NCBI GenBank assembly: GCA_012026655.1
Contig: JAAILG010001229.1
Location: 1-64,000, forward strand
Direction: 5' to 3'
DNA from: Hydrolagus affinis
Taxonomy: Eukaryota
Length of the DNA stretch: 64,000 nucleotides
Each line of letters starts with the position of its first letter. The stretch's first letter is position 1. The translations under genes were made by a program, and so were the position numbers. Below the pieces are notes generated by a model. The model worked only from the letters and a program-made list of their open reading frames with translations, made no database searches and had not been told where the DNA came from. This document shows, piece by piece, positions 59,001 to 64,000 of this stretch.

Positions 59001-60185
59001 ATTGATCTCAACCTTGCCAGGCATTTAAAACAAGACAAGCAACTCTCCGTGTCTCGCCCATGCACTCACCCTAAACTTTTTGCCCCCTTCTTTTGACAGG
59101 CAAAGGTTAAGAGACTGCACAGATCCAAAGTTTTCCTCTCTCGTCAGCTTCCTGATCAAATTGTCTGTGATGTACCGGACCCCAGGGCTTCTGTTGACTC
59201 CACCTGAAAAAGATTCCAACGTTTGCACTCAGTTCCCCAATATCCTTCTCTCCTTCCGATGCCCTTCTTGCTCTGAAAGAGTGAGTTATTAGATTGCTGA
59301 GACGTCTCAAAGCGCTTCACCGAATGTACAGTAACGAGGACTGACTGTAATGCCAACTGTGCACACCTGTACCTGCATACAGTCTTGGATTCTTTTGAGG
59401 GATTAATACCCCCAGAAAGTGATCCAGCAATCGACCTACTGTGAGGTACACAGAGGTGAGTGGAACAAGGCACTTTCGCCTGAGTTTTTGTCCTGCCCGG
59501 GAATCAAACCTGGGGTTCTCTCGCTTGCGAGGCGAGTGCTCTAACCACTATGCATTGTATCCTGGCACAGAAGTGGATAAAAGGCTATGTTTGTAGAGTC
59601 CTGTGGCTCAGTGGTTAGAGTGCTTGCCTTACAAGCGAGAGACCTGTGTTCGAATCCAGGCAGGTCAGGGCGAAACCTTGGGCAAGTTTCCTTACTCCCC
59701 ACACACATACACATACACACACCTAATAATAATCTCTTCCCAAAAAAACACAATAATAAAATTAGACATTTCACGGCTGTTTGTGGGGGACGCTGCTGTG
59801 CGCAATTGGCTGCCGCGTTTCACCCACACATATACAGTCAATTCACTTTACAGTATATTCTGTGAAGCGCTTTGAGACGTTGATAAGTTGTGAAAAGCGC
59901 TATATCAAATGCAAGAAACATTACTGCAGTATTATTATGTTAAGTACTACCTGGATTCTTACCTCCCTCTGTGCGATGCCCGGTGACAGCTTCATTTTCA
60001 CTCCCATCGTTGACATCCTTGGCACGGCCGGGGCCGCCCACACCCGACCCACCGGACCTGTTGACCGGGGAAGGTGACTGTGTGGTCAGGTTTGACATGG
60101 GGGAGCTTTGACGCGAGGTGACGGGATTGCCCGGAGATGGGAGATGTCTTTTTGCCGGTAGCAGTCGCGGGCCTCCCCTTCTCAT
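20048..60185 (-). CDS. CNTRL: CNTRL centriolin (CEP110): N-terminal leucine-rich repeats plus long coiled coil, 44 coding exons proposed, about 2331 aa
   Basis: Exons match recalled human centriolin motifs in order (GVRYIT, LNLSYN LRRs, [34 protein letters not shown]...LVGSTSADS). Every junction is GT-AG and phase-consistent; summed length 6996 nt. The last three exons rest on splice signals only. Confidence 0.95.
20253..20331 (-). CDS. CNTRL: Candidate CNTRL penultimate exon
   Basis: cctttctcctgtttag acceptor, [29 protein letters not shown]|GTGAGG donor. Confidence 0.65.
20578..20591 (-). CDS. CNTRL: Candidate 14-nt CNTRL microexon
   Basis: tcctttcacttctgcag|ATTGTAGCCTCCGG|gtgagt, strong sites on both sides. 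Confidence 0.6.
20839..21012 (-). CDS. CNTRL: CNTRL coding exon 41
   Basis: [25 protein letters not shown]...LVGSTSADS; donor AGG|GTGGGT (3' boundary less certain). Confidence 0.88.
21768..21830 (-). CDS. CNTRL: CNTRL coding exon 40
   Basis: [21 protein letters not shown] (human DEHWRGEALREKLRHREDRLK). Confidence 0.94.
22186..22461 (-). CDS. CNTRL: CNTRL coding exon 39
   Basis: LASHQEME...[14 protein letters not shown]...NIK. Confidence 0.93.
22969..23109 (-). CDS. CNTRL: CNTRL coding exon 38
   Basis: [13 protein letters not shown]...KELNQ...LQNQ. Confidence 0.93.
23544..23749 (-). CDS. CNTRL: CNTRL coding exon 37
   Basis: [11 protein letters not shown]...ERRAAEKRV...[10 protein letters not shown]. 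Confidence 0.92.
23868..24195 (-). mobile_element. tRNA-derived SINE, full length
   Basis: Reverse complement of the family consensus. Confidence 0.85.
24255..24480 (-). CDS. CNTRL: CNTRL coding exon 36
   Basis: VLLQVKK...EESKLE...KVSALEER. Confidence 0.9.
24769..24936 (-). CDS. CNTRL: CNTRL coding exon 35
   Basis: [13 protein letters not shown]...IEEQQQ. Confidence 0.92.
25290..25569. repeat. ~280-bp element, copy 1 (copy 2 at 40324-40597)
   Basis: Colinear, highly similar direct repeat by eye. Confidence 0.85.
25679..25773. repeat. Perfect 38-bp inverted repeat with 19-nt spacer
   Basis: Arms 25679-25716 and 25736-25773 are exact reverse complements. Confidence 0.92.
26131..26204 (-). 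CDS. CNTRL: CNTRL coding exon 34
   Basis: [25 protein letters not shown], phase 1 to 0. Confidence 0.85.
26994..27130 (-). CDS. CNTRL: CNTRL coding exon 33
   Basis: AVASVEDS...KLQDD...LRQRLQ, phase 2 to 1. Confidence 0.88.
27707..27924 (-). CDS. CNTRL: CNTRL coding exon 32
   Basis: ETGKLENMQ...IECLRKEK...LSQSK. Confidence 0.92.
28195..28465 (-). mobile_element. L2 fragment
   Basis: PPYLCDLL...GSQAFS...PTFWNSL...FKARFKT.L, typical of the L2 ORF2 end. Confidence 0.7.
28673..28788 (-). CDS. CNTRL: CNTRL coding exon 31
   Basis: ELKHVLE...ELQGLKLQH. Confidence 0.94.
29828..30084 (+). mobile_element. CR1 LINE 3' end
   Basis: TTCACTCAGAGGGTAGTGAATTTGTGGAATTC...GATCAGCCATGATCTTATTGAATGGCGGAGCAGGCTCG...TTCTTATGTTCTTATG tail. 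Confidence 0.8.
30136..30412 (-). mobile_element. tRNA-derived SINE copy
   Basis: Family consensus, reverse strand. Confidence 0.8.
30609..30768 (-). CDS. CNTRL: CNTRL coding exon 30
   Basis: [24 protein letters not shown]...KHKT. Confidence 0.94.
31389..31553 (-). CDS. CNTRL: CNTRL coding exon 29
   Basis: [13 protein letters not shown]...EELHLLQ. Confidence 0.93.
31935..32052 (-). CDS. CNTRL: CNTRL coding exon 28
   Basis: [10 protein letters not shown]...ELERLNNQ. Confidence 0.9.
32426..32566 (-). CDS. CNTRL: CNTRL coding exon 27
   Basis: [13 protein letters not shown]...LREINK...KKEK. Confidence 0.92.
32804..33107 (-). mobile_element. tRNA-derived SINE, near full length
   Basis: Family consensus, reverse strand. 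Confidence 0.85.
33369..33499 (-). CDS. CNTRL: CNTRL coding exon 26
   Basis: TKDLIQ...[24 protein letters not shown]. Confidence 0.94.
33632..33824 (-). CDS. CNTRL: CNTRL coding exon 25
   Basis: DLPEDD...EKSL...[10 protein letters not shown]...TEEK. Confidence 0.94.
34431..34642 (-). CDS. CNTRL: CNTRL coding exon 24
   Basis: ESEISRLEG...QLHHDI...RSKR. Confidence 0.92.
35240..35544 (-). CDS. CNTRL: CNTRL coding exon 23 (proline-rich)
   Basis: [17 protein letters not shown]...YGPPP x3...[13 protein letters not shown]. Confidence 0.95.
36575..36897 (+). mobile_element. tRNA-derived SINE, full length, young
   Basis: Intact A box, B-box-like motif, Deu core and L2-like tail; very similar to the 59596 and 63330 copies. 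Confidence 0.88.
36973..37147 (-). CDS. CNTRL: CNTRL coding exon 22
   Basis: [17 protein letters not shown]...GHWVYSPIR. Confidence 0.92.
37550..37692 (-). CDS. CNTRL: CNTRL coding exon 21
   Basis: [26 protein letters not shown]. Confidence 0.95.
38146..38290 (-). CDS. CNTRL: CNTRL coding exon 20
   Basis: ISDEMQKF...QLEIDQL...LLDSVRE. Confidence 0.9.
38629..38745 (-). CDS. CNTRL: CNTRL coding exon 19
   Basis: ELLAVESF...[18 protein letters not shown]. Confidence 0.93.
39085..39395 (+). mobile_element. SINE, long-body subfamily
   Basis: Contains the CTGTTTACCTAGCAGTAAG.AGGAACCC internal segment. Confidence 0.7.
39431..39610 (-). CDS. CNTRL: CNTRL coding exon 18
   Basis: NKMEEAR...[20 protein letters not shown]. 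Confidence 0.93.
40014..40193 (-). CDS. CNTRL: CNTRL coding exon 17
   Basis: VDSEK...[21 protein letters not shown]. Confidence 0.92.
40324..40597. repeat. ~275-bp element, copy 2
   Basis: Direct repeat of 25290-25569. Confidence 0.85.
40895..41565 (-). mobile_element. L2 LINE 3' fragments
   Basis: [15 protein letters not shown]...QIIQNS; PSLWNS...SFKSYL; (TTG)n tails. Confidence 0.8.
41909..42116 (-). CDS. CNTRL: CNTRL coding exon 16
   Basis: [12 protein letters not shown]...ACERAAEAQ. Confidence 0.92.
42563..42708 (-). CDS. CNTRL: CNTRL coding exon 15
   Basis: [10 protein letters not shown]...[10 protein letters not shown]. Confidence 0.93.
43600..43734 (-). CDS. CNTRL: CNTRL coding exon 14
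   Basis: [16 protein letters not shown]...LNCLQ. Confidence 0.93.
44304..44480 (-). CDS. CNTRL: CNTRL coding exon 13
   Basis: [12 protein letters not shown]...YEAELE...LRKLSQ. Confidence 0.94.
45008..45228 (-). CDS. CNTRL: CNTRL coding exon 12
   Basis: [24 protein letters not shown]...[12 protein letters not shown]. Confidence 0.95.
45996..46149 (-). CDS. CNTRL: CNTRL coding exon 11
   Basis: [17 protein letters not shown]...LEEQLTE. Confidence 0.94.
49833..50027 (-). CDS. CNTRL: CNTRL coding exon 10
   Basis: ISEAEKE...[11 protein letters not shown]. Confidence 0.94.
50840..51183 (-). mobile_element. SINE, long-body subfamily
   Basis: GGTTCGATTCCC B box directly after the exon-9 donor, internal segment, tail. 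Confidence 0.75.
51193..51302 (-). CDS. CNTRL: CNTRL coding exon 9
   Basis: AQHQLTELQ...LEELAAQKR. Confidence 0.93.
51803..52028 (-). CDS. CNTRL: CNTRL coding exon 8
   Basis: [22 protein letters not shown]...QEKEKQIQK. Confidence 0.92.
52050..52545 (+). mobile_element. Ancient full-Deu-domain SINE (SacSINE1/AmnSINE1-like) interrupted by an L2 tail
   Basis: TGGCTCAGTGGGTAGCACTCTC.CCTCTGA head; TCAGAGGTGC.GTC.TTCGGATGAGA.GTTAAACC...GATC.CATGGCAC...GTGTCCTGGCCAAT, recalled Deu-domain motifs. Confidence 0.7.
52610..52987. mobile_element. Tigger-like MITE
   Basis: TA|CAGTAAAAGCTTGGTTATCCG ... CCGGATAACAAAGCTTTTACTG|TA. Confidence 0.85.
53005..53232. mobile_element. Tigger-like MITE inserted in a SINE tail
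   Basis: TA|CAGCAAAAGCCCGTTTATCCG ... CGGATAAACGGGCTTTTACTG|TA. Confidence 0.85.
53511..53630 (-). CDS. CNTRL: CNTRL coding exon 7
   Basis: [40 protein letters not shown]. Confidence 0.95.
54760..55074 (-). mobile_element. SINE, long-body subfamily
   Basis: Family head, internal segment and tail on the reverse strand. Confidence 0.7.
56327..56520 (-). CDS. CNTRL: CNTRL coding exon 6
   Basis: [10 protein letters not shown]...EMETKNEL. Confidence 0.93.
56618..56912 (-). mobile_element. tRNA-derived SINE, near full length
   Basis: Family consensus, reverse strand. Confidence 0.82.
57090..57276 (-). CDS. CNTRL: CNTRL coding exon 5 (LRR cap)
   Basis: [45 protein letters not shown]...ERFHL. 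Confidence 0.95.
57360..57665 (-). mobile_element. SINE, long-body subfamily
   Basis: Family motifs plus internal segment. Confidence 0.72.
57684..58122 (-). mobile_element. CR1 LINE 3' fragment
   Basis: [27 protein letters not shown]...TRGH (CR1 ORF2 C-terminus) and ATTCTATGATTC tail. Confidence 0.9.
58226..58367 (-). CDS. CNTRL: CNTRL coding exon 4 (LRR)
   Basis: [47 protein letters not shown]. Confidence 0.95.
58573..58703 (-). CDS. CNTRL: CNTRL coding exon 3 (LRR)
   Basis: [43 protein letters not shown]. Confidence 0.95.
59070..59203 (-). CDS. CNTRL: CNTRL coding exon 2
   Basis: [15 protein letters not shown]...[15 protein letters not shown]. Confidence 0.95.
59596..59916 (+). mobile_element. 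tRNA-derived SINE, full length
   Basis: Family consensus; head-to-head with a degenerate minus-strand copy at about 59298-59550. Confidence 0.86.
59963..60185 (-). CDS. CNTRL: CNTRL coding exon 1
   Basis: gcc[13 protein letters not shown]...[13 protein letters not shown] (human MKKG...SMSNMRSRSLSP), acceptor before 60241, donor GTAAGA. Confidence 0.85.
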
Positions 60186-60841
60186 GGCGCCGGGCGCAGA
60201 GATCGATCAATCGAAAGCACCGTCGGCCTGGTCACCCACCACTGGCAAAAGGAACGATGGAAAACATGACTCAATACCAACAGCAACCGGCATTGATATA
60301 ACGCAGCAACAACAACAACAACAACTTGCATTTATATCGCGCCCGTCTCCCAGGGCAGNNNNNNNNNNNNNNNNNNNNNNNNNNNNNNNNNNNNNNNNNN
60401 NNNNNNNNNNNNNNNNNNNNNNNNNNNNNNNNNNNNNNNNNNNNNNNNNNNNNNNNNNNNNNNNNNNNNNNNNNNNNNNNNNNNNNNNNNNNNNNNNNNN
60501 NNNNNNNNNNNNNNNNNNNNNNNNNNNNNNNNNNNNNNNNNNNNNNNNNNNNNNNNNNNNNNNNNNNNNNNNNNNNNNNNNNNNNNNNNNNNNNNNNNNN
60601 NNNNNNNNNNNNNNNNNNNNNNNNNNNNNNNNNNNNNNNNNNNNNNNNNNNNNNNNNNNNNNNNNNNNNNNNNNNNNNNNNNNNNNNNNNNNNNNNNNNN
60701 NNNNNNNNNNNNNNNNNNNNNNNNNNNNNNNNNNNNNNNNNNNNNNNNNNNNNNNNNNNNNNNNNNNNNNNNNNNNNNNNNNNNNNNNNNNNNNNNNNNN
60801 NNNNNNNNNNNNNNNNNNNNNNNNNNNNNNNNNNNNNNNNN

Positions 60842-61340
60842 ACAGAGACACACACACGCAAACTCAGATACAGAGACACACACAGATACAGAGACACACA
60901 CAGACACAGAGACACACATAGATATAGAGACACACACGCAGACGTAGACATACACGCAAACAGAGACATACACACAAACACTGATACAGAGACACAAACA
61001 GATACANNNNNNNNNNNNNNNNNNNNNNNNNNNNNNNNNNNNNNNNNNNNNNNNNNNNNNNNNNNNNNNNNNNNNNNNNNNNNNNNNNNNNNNNNNNNNN
61101 NNNNNNNNNNNNNNNNNNNNNNNNNNNNNNNNNNNNNNNNNNNNNNNNNNNNNNNNNNNNAACACCGATACAGAGATACCCACACAGTCGTGCATTGGAT
61201 ATGGCACCTTGTCACATCTTACAGAGATACAGAGACAGACACACACACACACACGCAGACACATGGACAGACAAGAGATAGACACAAAGACACATACAGA
61301 CATACAGTCAGAGACAGACGGATATCCAGAGACACAGACA
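60842..61340. repeat. Compound (CA/GA) low-complexity repeat between assembly gaps
   Basis: ACAGAGACACACACAGAT-like units; N runs at 60359-60841 and 61007-61160. Confidence 0.85.
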
Positions 61341-61448
61341 GACCGAGGGGAGCCTGGTGTGTGTGTGTGTGTGTGTGGGGGGAGGGGGGGGGGGGGGTGA
61401 GTCAGTATAAACCCTCGGAGGCCGCGGGGCTTGTGTTGAGTGTTGAGG

Positions 61449-61462
61449 GTTGACATGGTAAC
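61449..61462. promoter_or_regulatory. RFX X-box-like palindrome
   Basis: GTTGACATGGTAAC versus consensus GTTNCCATGGNAAC (one mismatch). Confidence 0.55.
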
Positions 61463-61592
61463 GGCAGGCCCGGCCTCAGCCTCCCTCCCGCTCTCTTTCT
61501 CTCTCTCCCTCCCTCTCTCTCTCTTTCTCTCTCTCCCTCCCCCATTCCCTCGCTCCCTCTCTCTCATTACCCCCCCCCCCCGGGGCCGGTAC

Positions 61593-61650
61593 CTGCTGAT
61601 GTGAGTCCCTCTCGGGGAGCCTGCTCCGCCGCCATGTTTGTTTAGGGGAG
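61593..61650 (-). other. CNTRL: Probable CNTRL exon 1 (5'UTR, contains an upstream ATG at 61635)
   Basis: GC-rich, donor CAG|GTACCG at 61592, YY1-like AACATGGCGG. The 5' end is unknown. Confidence 0.55.
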
Positions 61651-61665
61651 GAGGAGGGGGCGGGG
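61629..61665 (-). promoter_or_regulatory. CNTRL promoter elements: YY1 motif (61629-61638) and GC box (61657-61665)
   Basis: CCGCCATGTT and GGGGCGGGG in a GC-rich island upstream of the CDS. Confidence 0.5.
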
Positions 61666-62499
61666 TTAGAGGTCAGTCACCCCCCCCCCCACCCTATAGT
61701 CCAGATCAATCCATCATTCACTCAATCCACACTTACATTGGTATAGCACCTTTCACGTCGAGAGGGCGTCCCAAGGCGCTGTACAGATAAGTTAGGGACC
61801 AGAGCAGGGGGTGGGGTGGGGGGCGAGGGATCGGGGAGGGATGAACGAAGGAGAATAGGAGAATTGACTGTATATTTGTGGGCGAAACGCGGCGGCCAAA
61901 CTGCGCACAGCGGCGTCCCCACAAACAGCCGCGGACGTGGGGTCAGGGGAGAGAGGGGGGAAATGTCAAGGGGAGGGGTCCGGGGCAGGGGGAAGGAGAG
62001 CGGGAAAGCCGACTGTATATTTGTGGGCGAAACGCGGCAGCCAAATCACGCACAGCGGTGTCCCACAAACAGTTCCTAGGATGCTACTGCAGGCCTTTTT
62101 GAACCAAAAAAGCCCAAGAATCGATCACTAGAGCACAACAAAGCAGCGGTAAAGCAAAACTAAAGAACCATTAGAGCTTGGCTAGAACACATCAAAGCAT
62201 AGACACCCCCCCACCCCCCACCAAATTTTGCCGTAGAGAGAAAGGGATTTTAATTGCGAATATCTGAAGGAGATGCCCGATCAGAGTGAAGTCCCAGAAG
62301 ACGGTTGGTGGTGCTCTGGTGAGGAGAGTGGCGAAGAGGGCGACAGGGAGAGTGAGTGAGTCCTGGGTGCTGGTGAGTTGGGTGGTGGGTTGGGTGGGGT
62401 GGGGGGCGAGGGAGGGAGCAGTGATTAATAAGTCGTGCATTGGATATGGCACCTTGTCACATCTTTCAGACATTTCACAGAGATATACTGTAAATTGGA

Positions 62500-62790
62500 T
62501 ACCCCACCCTATAGACTATACACCACCCTATAGACTATACACCACCCTATAGACTATACATCACCTTGTAGACCATACCCCATCCTATACACCATCCTGT
62601 AGTCTATAAACCACCCTATACCCCACCCTATAGACTATATACCACCCTATAGACCATACCCCACCCTATACACCATCCTGCAGAGCAACCCATTTACCAT
62701 ACACACCACCCTATAGACCATATATACCATCACATTATTATTACACAGATCATACACCACCCCATAGACTACACATCACCCTATAGATCA
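62500..62790. repeat. Degenerate ~19-bp minisatellite (ACCACCCTATAGACTATAC)
   Basis: Tandem copies, near exact at 62504-62560 and decaying downstream. Confidence 0.85.
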
Positions 62791-63329
62791 TACAACAATG
62801 TTTTCACCACCCAATATATCATATACCACCCTATGCACCACATAGATCATGTAGATCATACATCACACTATAGAGCACCTGATTCATCATATATGCCACT
62901 CTATAGACCACCAACCCTGTAGAATACCCTAGACATAAACCCCATACATTGCCATATTAACCACTCAAGAAGCACCCTATTTACCATCCTATGCACCACA
63001 GTATATCCCTTACAACACTGTACACCAATCTATACCCTAAAGAACATCCTGTACAACACACTCTACTGTATGCAATACCAATACAAAACCATACAGTGGA
63101 AACACATACATAAAATATTATAGTAAATATCTTGTAATAAAATACTCCATAATGCAACATGCTGTAATAAATACCAGCTAAACACCATATAAAAACCCCA
63201 TAACACATGAGCAAAAATAAAATACCCCTAATAGTAAAATGTCTTGCTTTCGATATAGCGCTTGTCAGGGGCATCCAAAGATCTTGAAGAGCTTCACAAA
63301 GTATGGTTAAGTGTAATGAACTTACATTT

Positions 63330-63643
63330 GGAGATCCTGTAGCTCAGTGGTTAGAGCGCTCGCCTTACAAGCGTGAGACCTGTGTTCGAATCCAGGCAGA
63401 TCAGGGCGAAACCTTGGGCAAATTTCCTTACTCCACACGCCTAATGATAATCCGTCTACAAAAAATCACAATAATAAAATAGGTCATTTCAATCCACGAC
63501 TGTTTGTGGAACAAATTGCTGTGCGCAATTGGCTGCCCACAAATATACAGTCAATTCACTTTACAGTATATTCTGTGAAGCGCTTTGAGACGTCAATAAG
63601 ATGTGAAAAGCGCTATGTCAAATGCAAGGATTATTATTATTAT
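63330..63643 (+). mobile_element. tRNA-derived SINE, full length, young
   Basis: Intact A and B boxes (GTTCGAATCC), Deu core, (TTA)n tail. Confidence 0.88.
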
Positions 63644-64000
63644 ATGTGGGTAAACTCAGCAGCCAAAGTGCACACAGCACAAATAAACTCAAAGTTCAAA
63701 TATGCGTATATTTTTCGTGCCAGGGATGAGGTGACACTTGAAGTAAACTTCACGACTGAAGTGGATAGTACAGCAGTTTGTTAGGTCAGGGTCTCAAGGA
63801 ATGTGGGACCAGGGGAGGGTAATTGGAGTTGAGGTACAGATCAGCCATGATCTTATAGAATGGTGAAACAGGCTTCAGGGGCTGGATAGCCTCCTCCTGT
63901 TCCTATCTTCCTCGATGTACTGACCAAGAAAGATGATTATGAGGCCTGAGAATGACCAGAATCAATGCATTTTTTATATTTGCCTCAATCGAGCGTTGCT

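Noticed and set aside
60118-61567. Long ORFs of 216-411 aa
   Set aside because: They are artefacts of N runs and low-complexity repeats.
62500-62790. Regularly repeated ~19-mers resembling a CRISPR array
   Set aside because: There are no unique spacers and no cas genes, and the context is eukaryotic; it is a minisatellite.
63330-63405. tRNA-Val/Ala-like sequence with A and B boxes (also at 9240, 36575, 59596)
   Set aside because: It is the head of the SINE: it runs straight into the SINE body and has no proper acceptor stem.

Overview
Vertebrate genomic DNA, probably from a cartilaginous fish (inferred from its tRNA/Deu-type SINE, L2 and CR1 repeats; a chimaera such as Callorhinchus is plausible but unverified). 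It holds two convergent protein-coding genes in the same tail-to-tail arrangement as in mammals. RAB14 is on the + strand: 7 coding exons, 5929-13979, 648 nt = 215 aa, with a long transposon-free 3'UTR. CNTRL (centriolin/CEP110) is on the - strand: ATG at 60185, 41 exons traced by homology and phase down to 20839, plus 3 candidate terminal exons ending at a stop at 20048 (about 2331 aa in total). The introns are dense in SINEs, L2/CR1 fragments and Tigger-like MITEs, and there are three N gaps. Most ORFs in the supplied track are repeat-derived or antisense noise. I found no evidence of a wholly new biological system. The best leads are in CNTRL regulation: a 14-nt frame-switching microexon that would change the C-terminus, a 30-nt in-frame microexon and possible internal promoter in one intron, an in-frame uORF separated from the main ORF by one TGA, and an RFX X-box. 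There are also two near-perfect hairpins and a ~280-bp unexplained duplicated intronic element. Human protein comparisons are from memory, not from an alignment.
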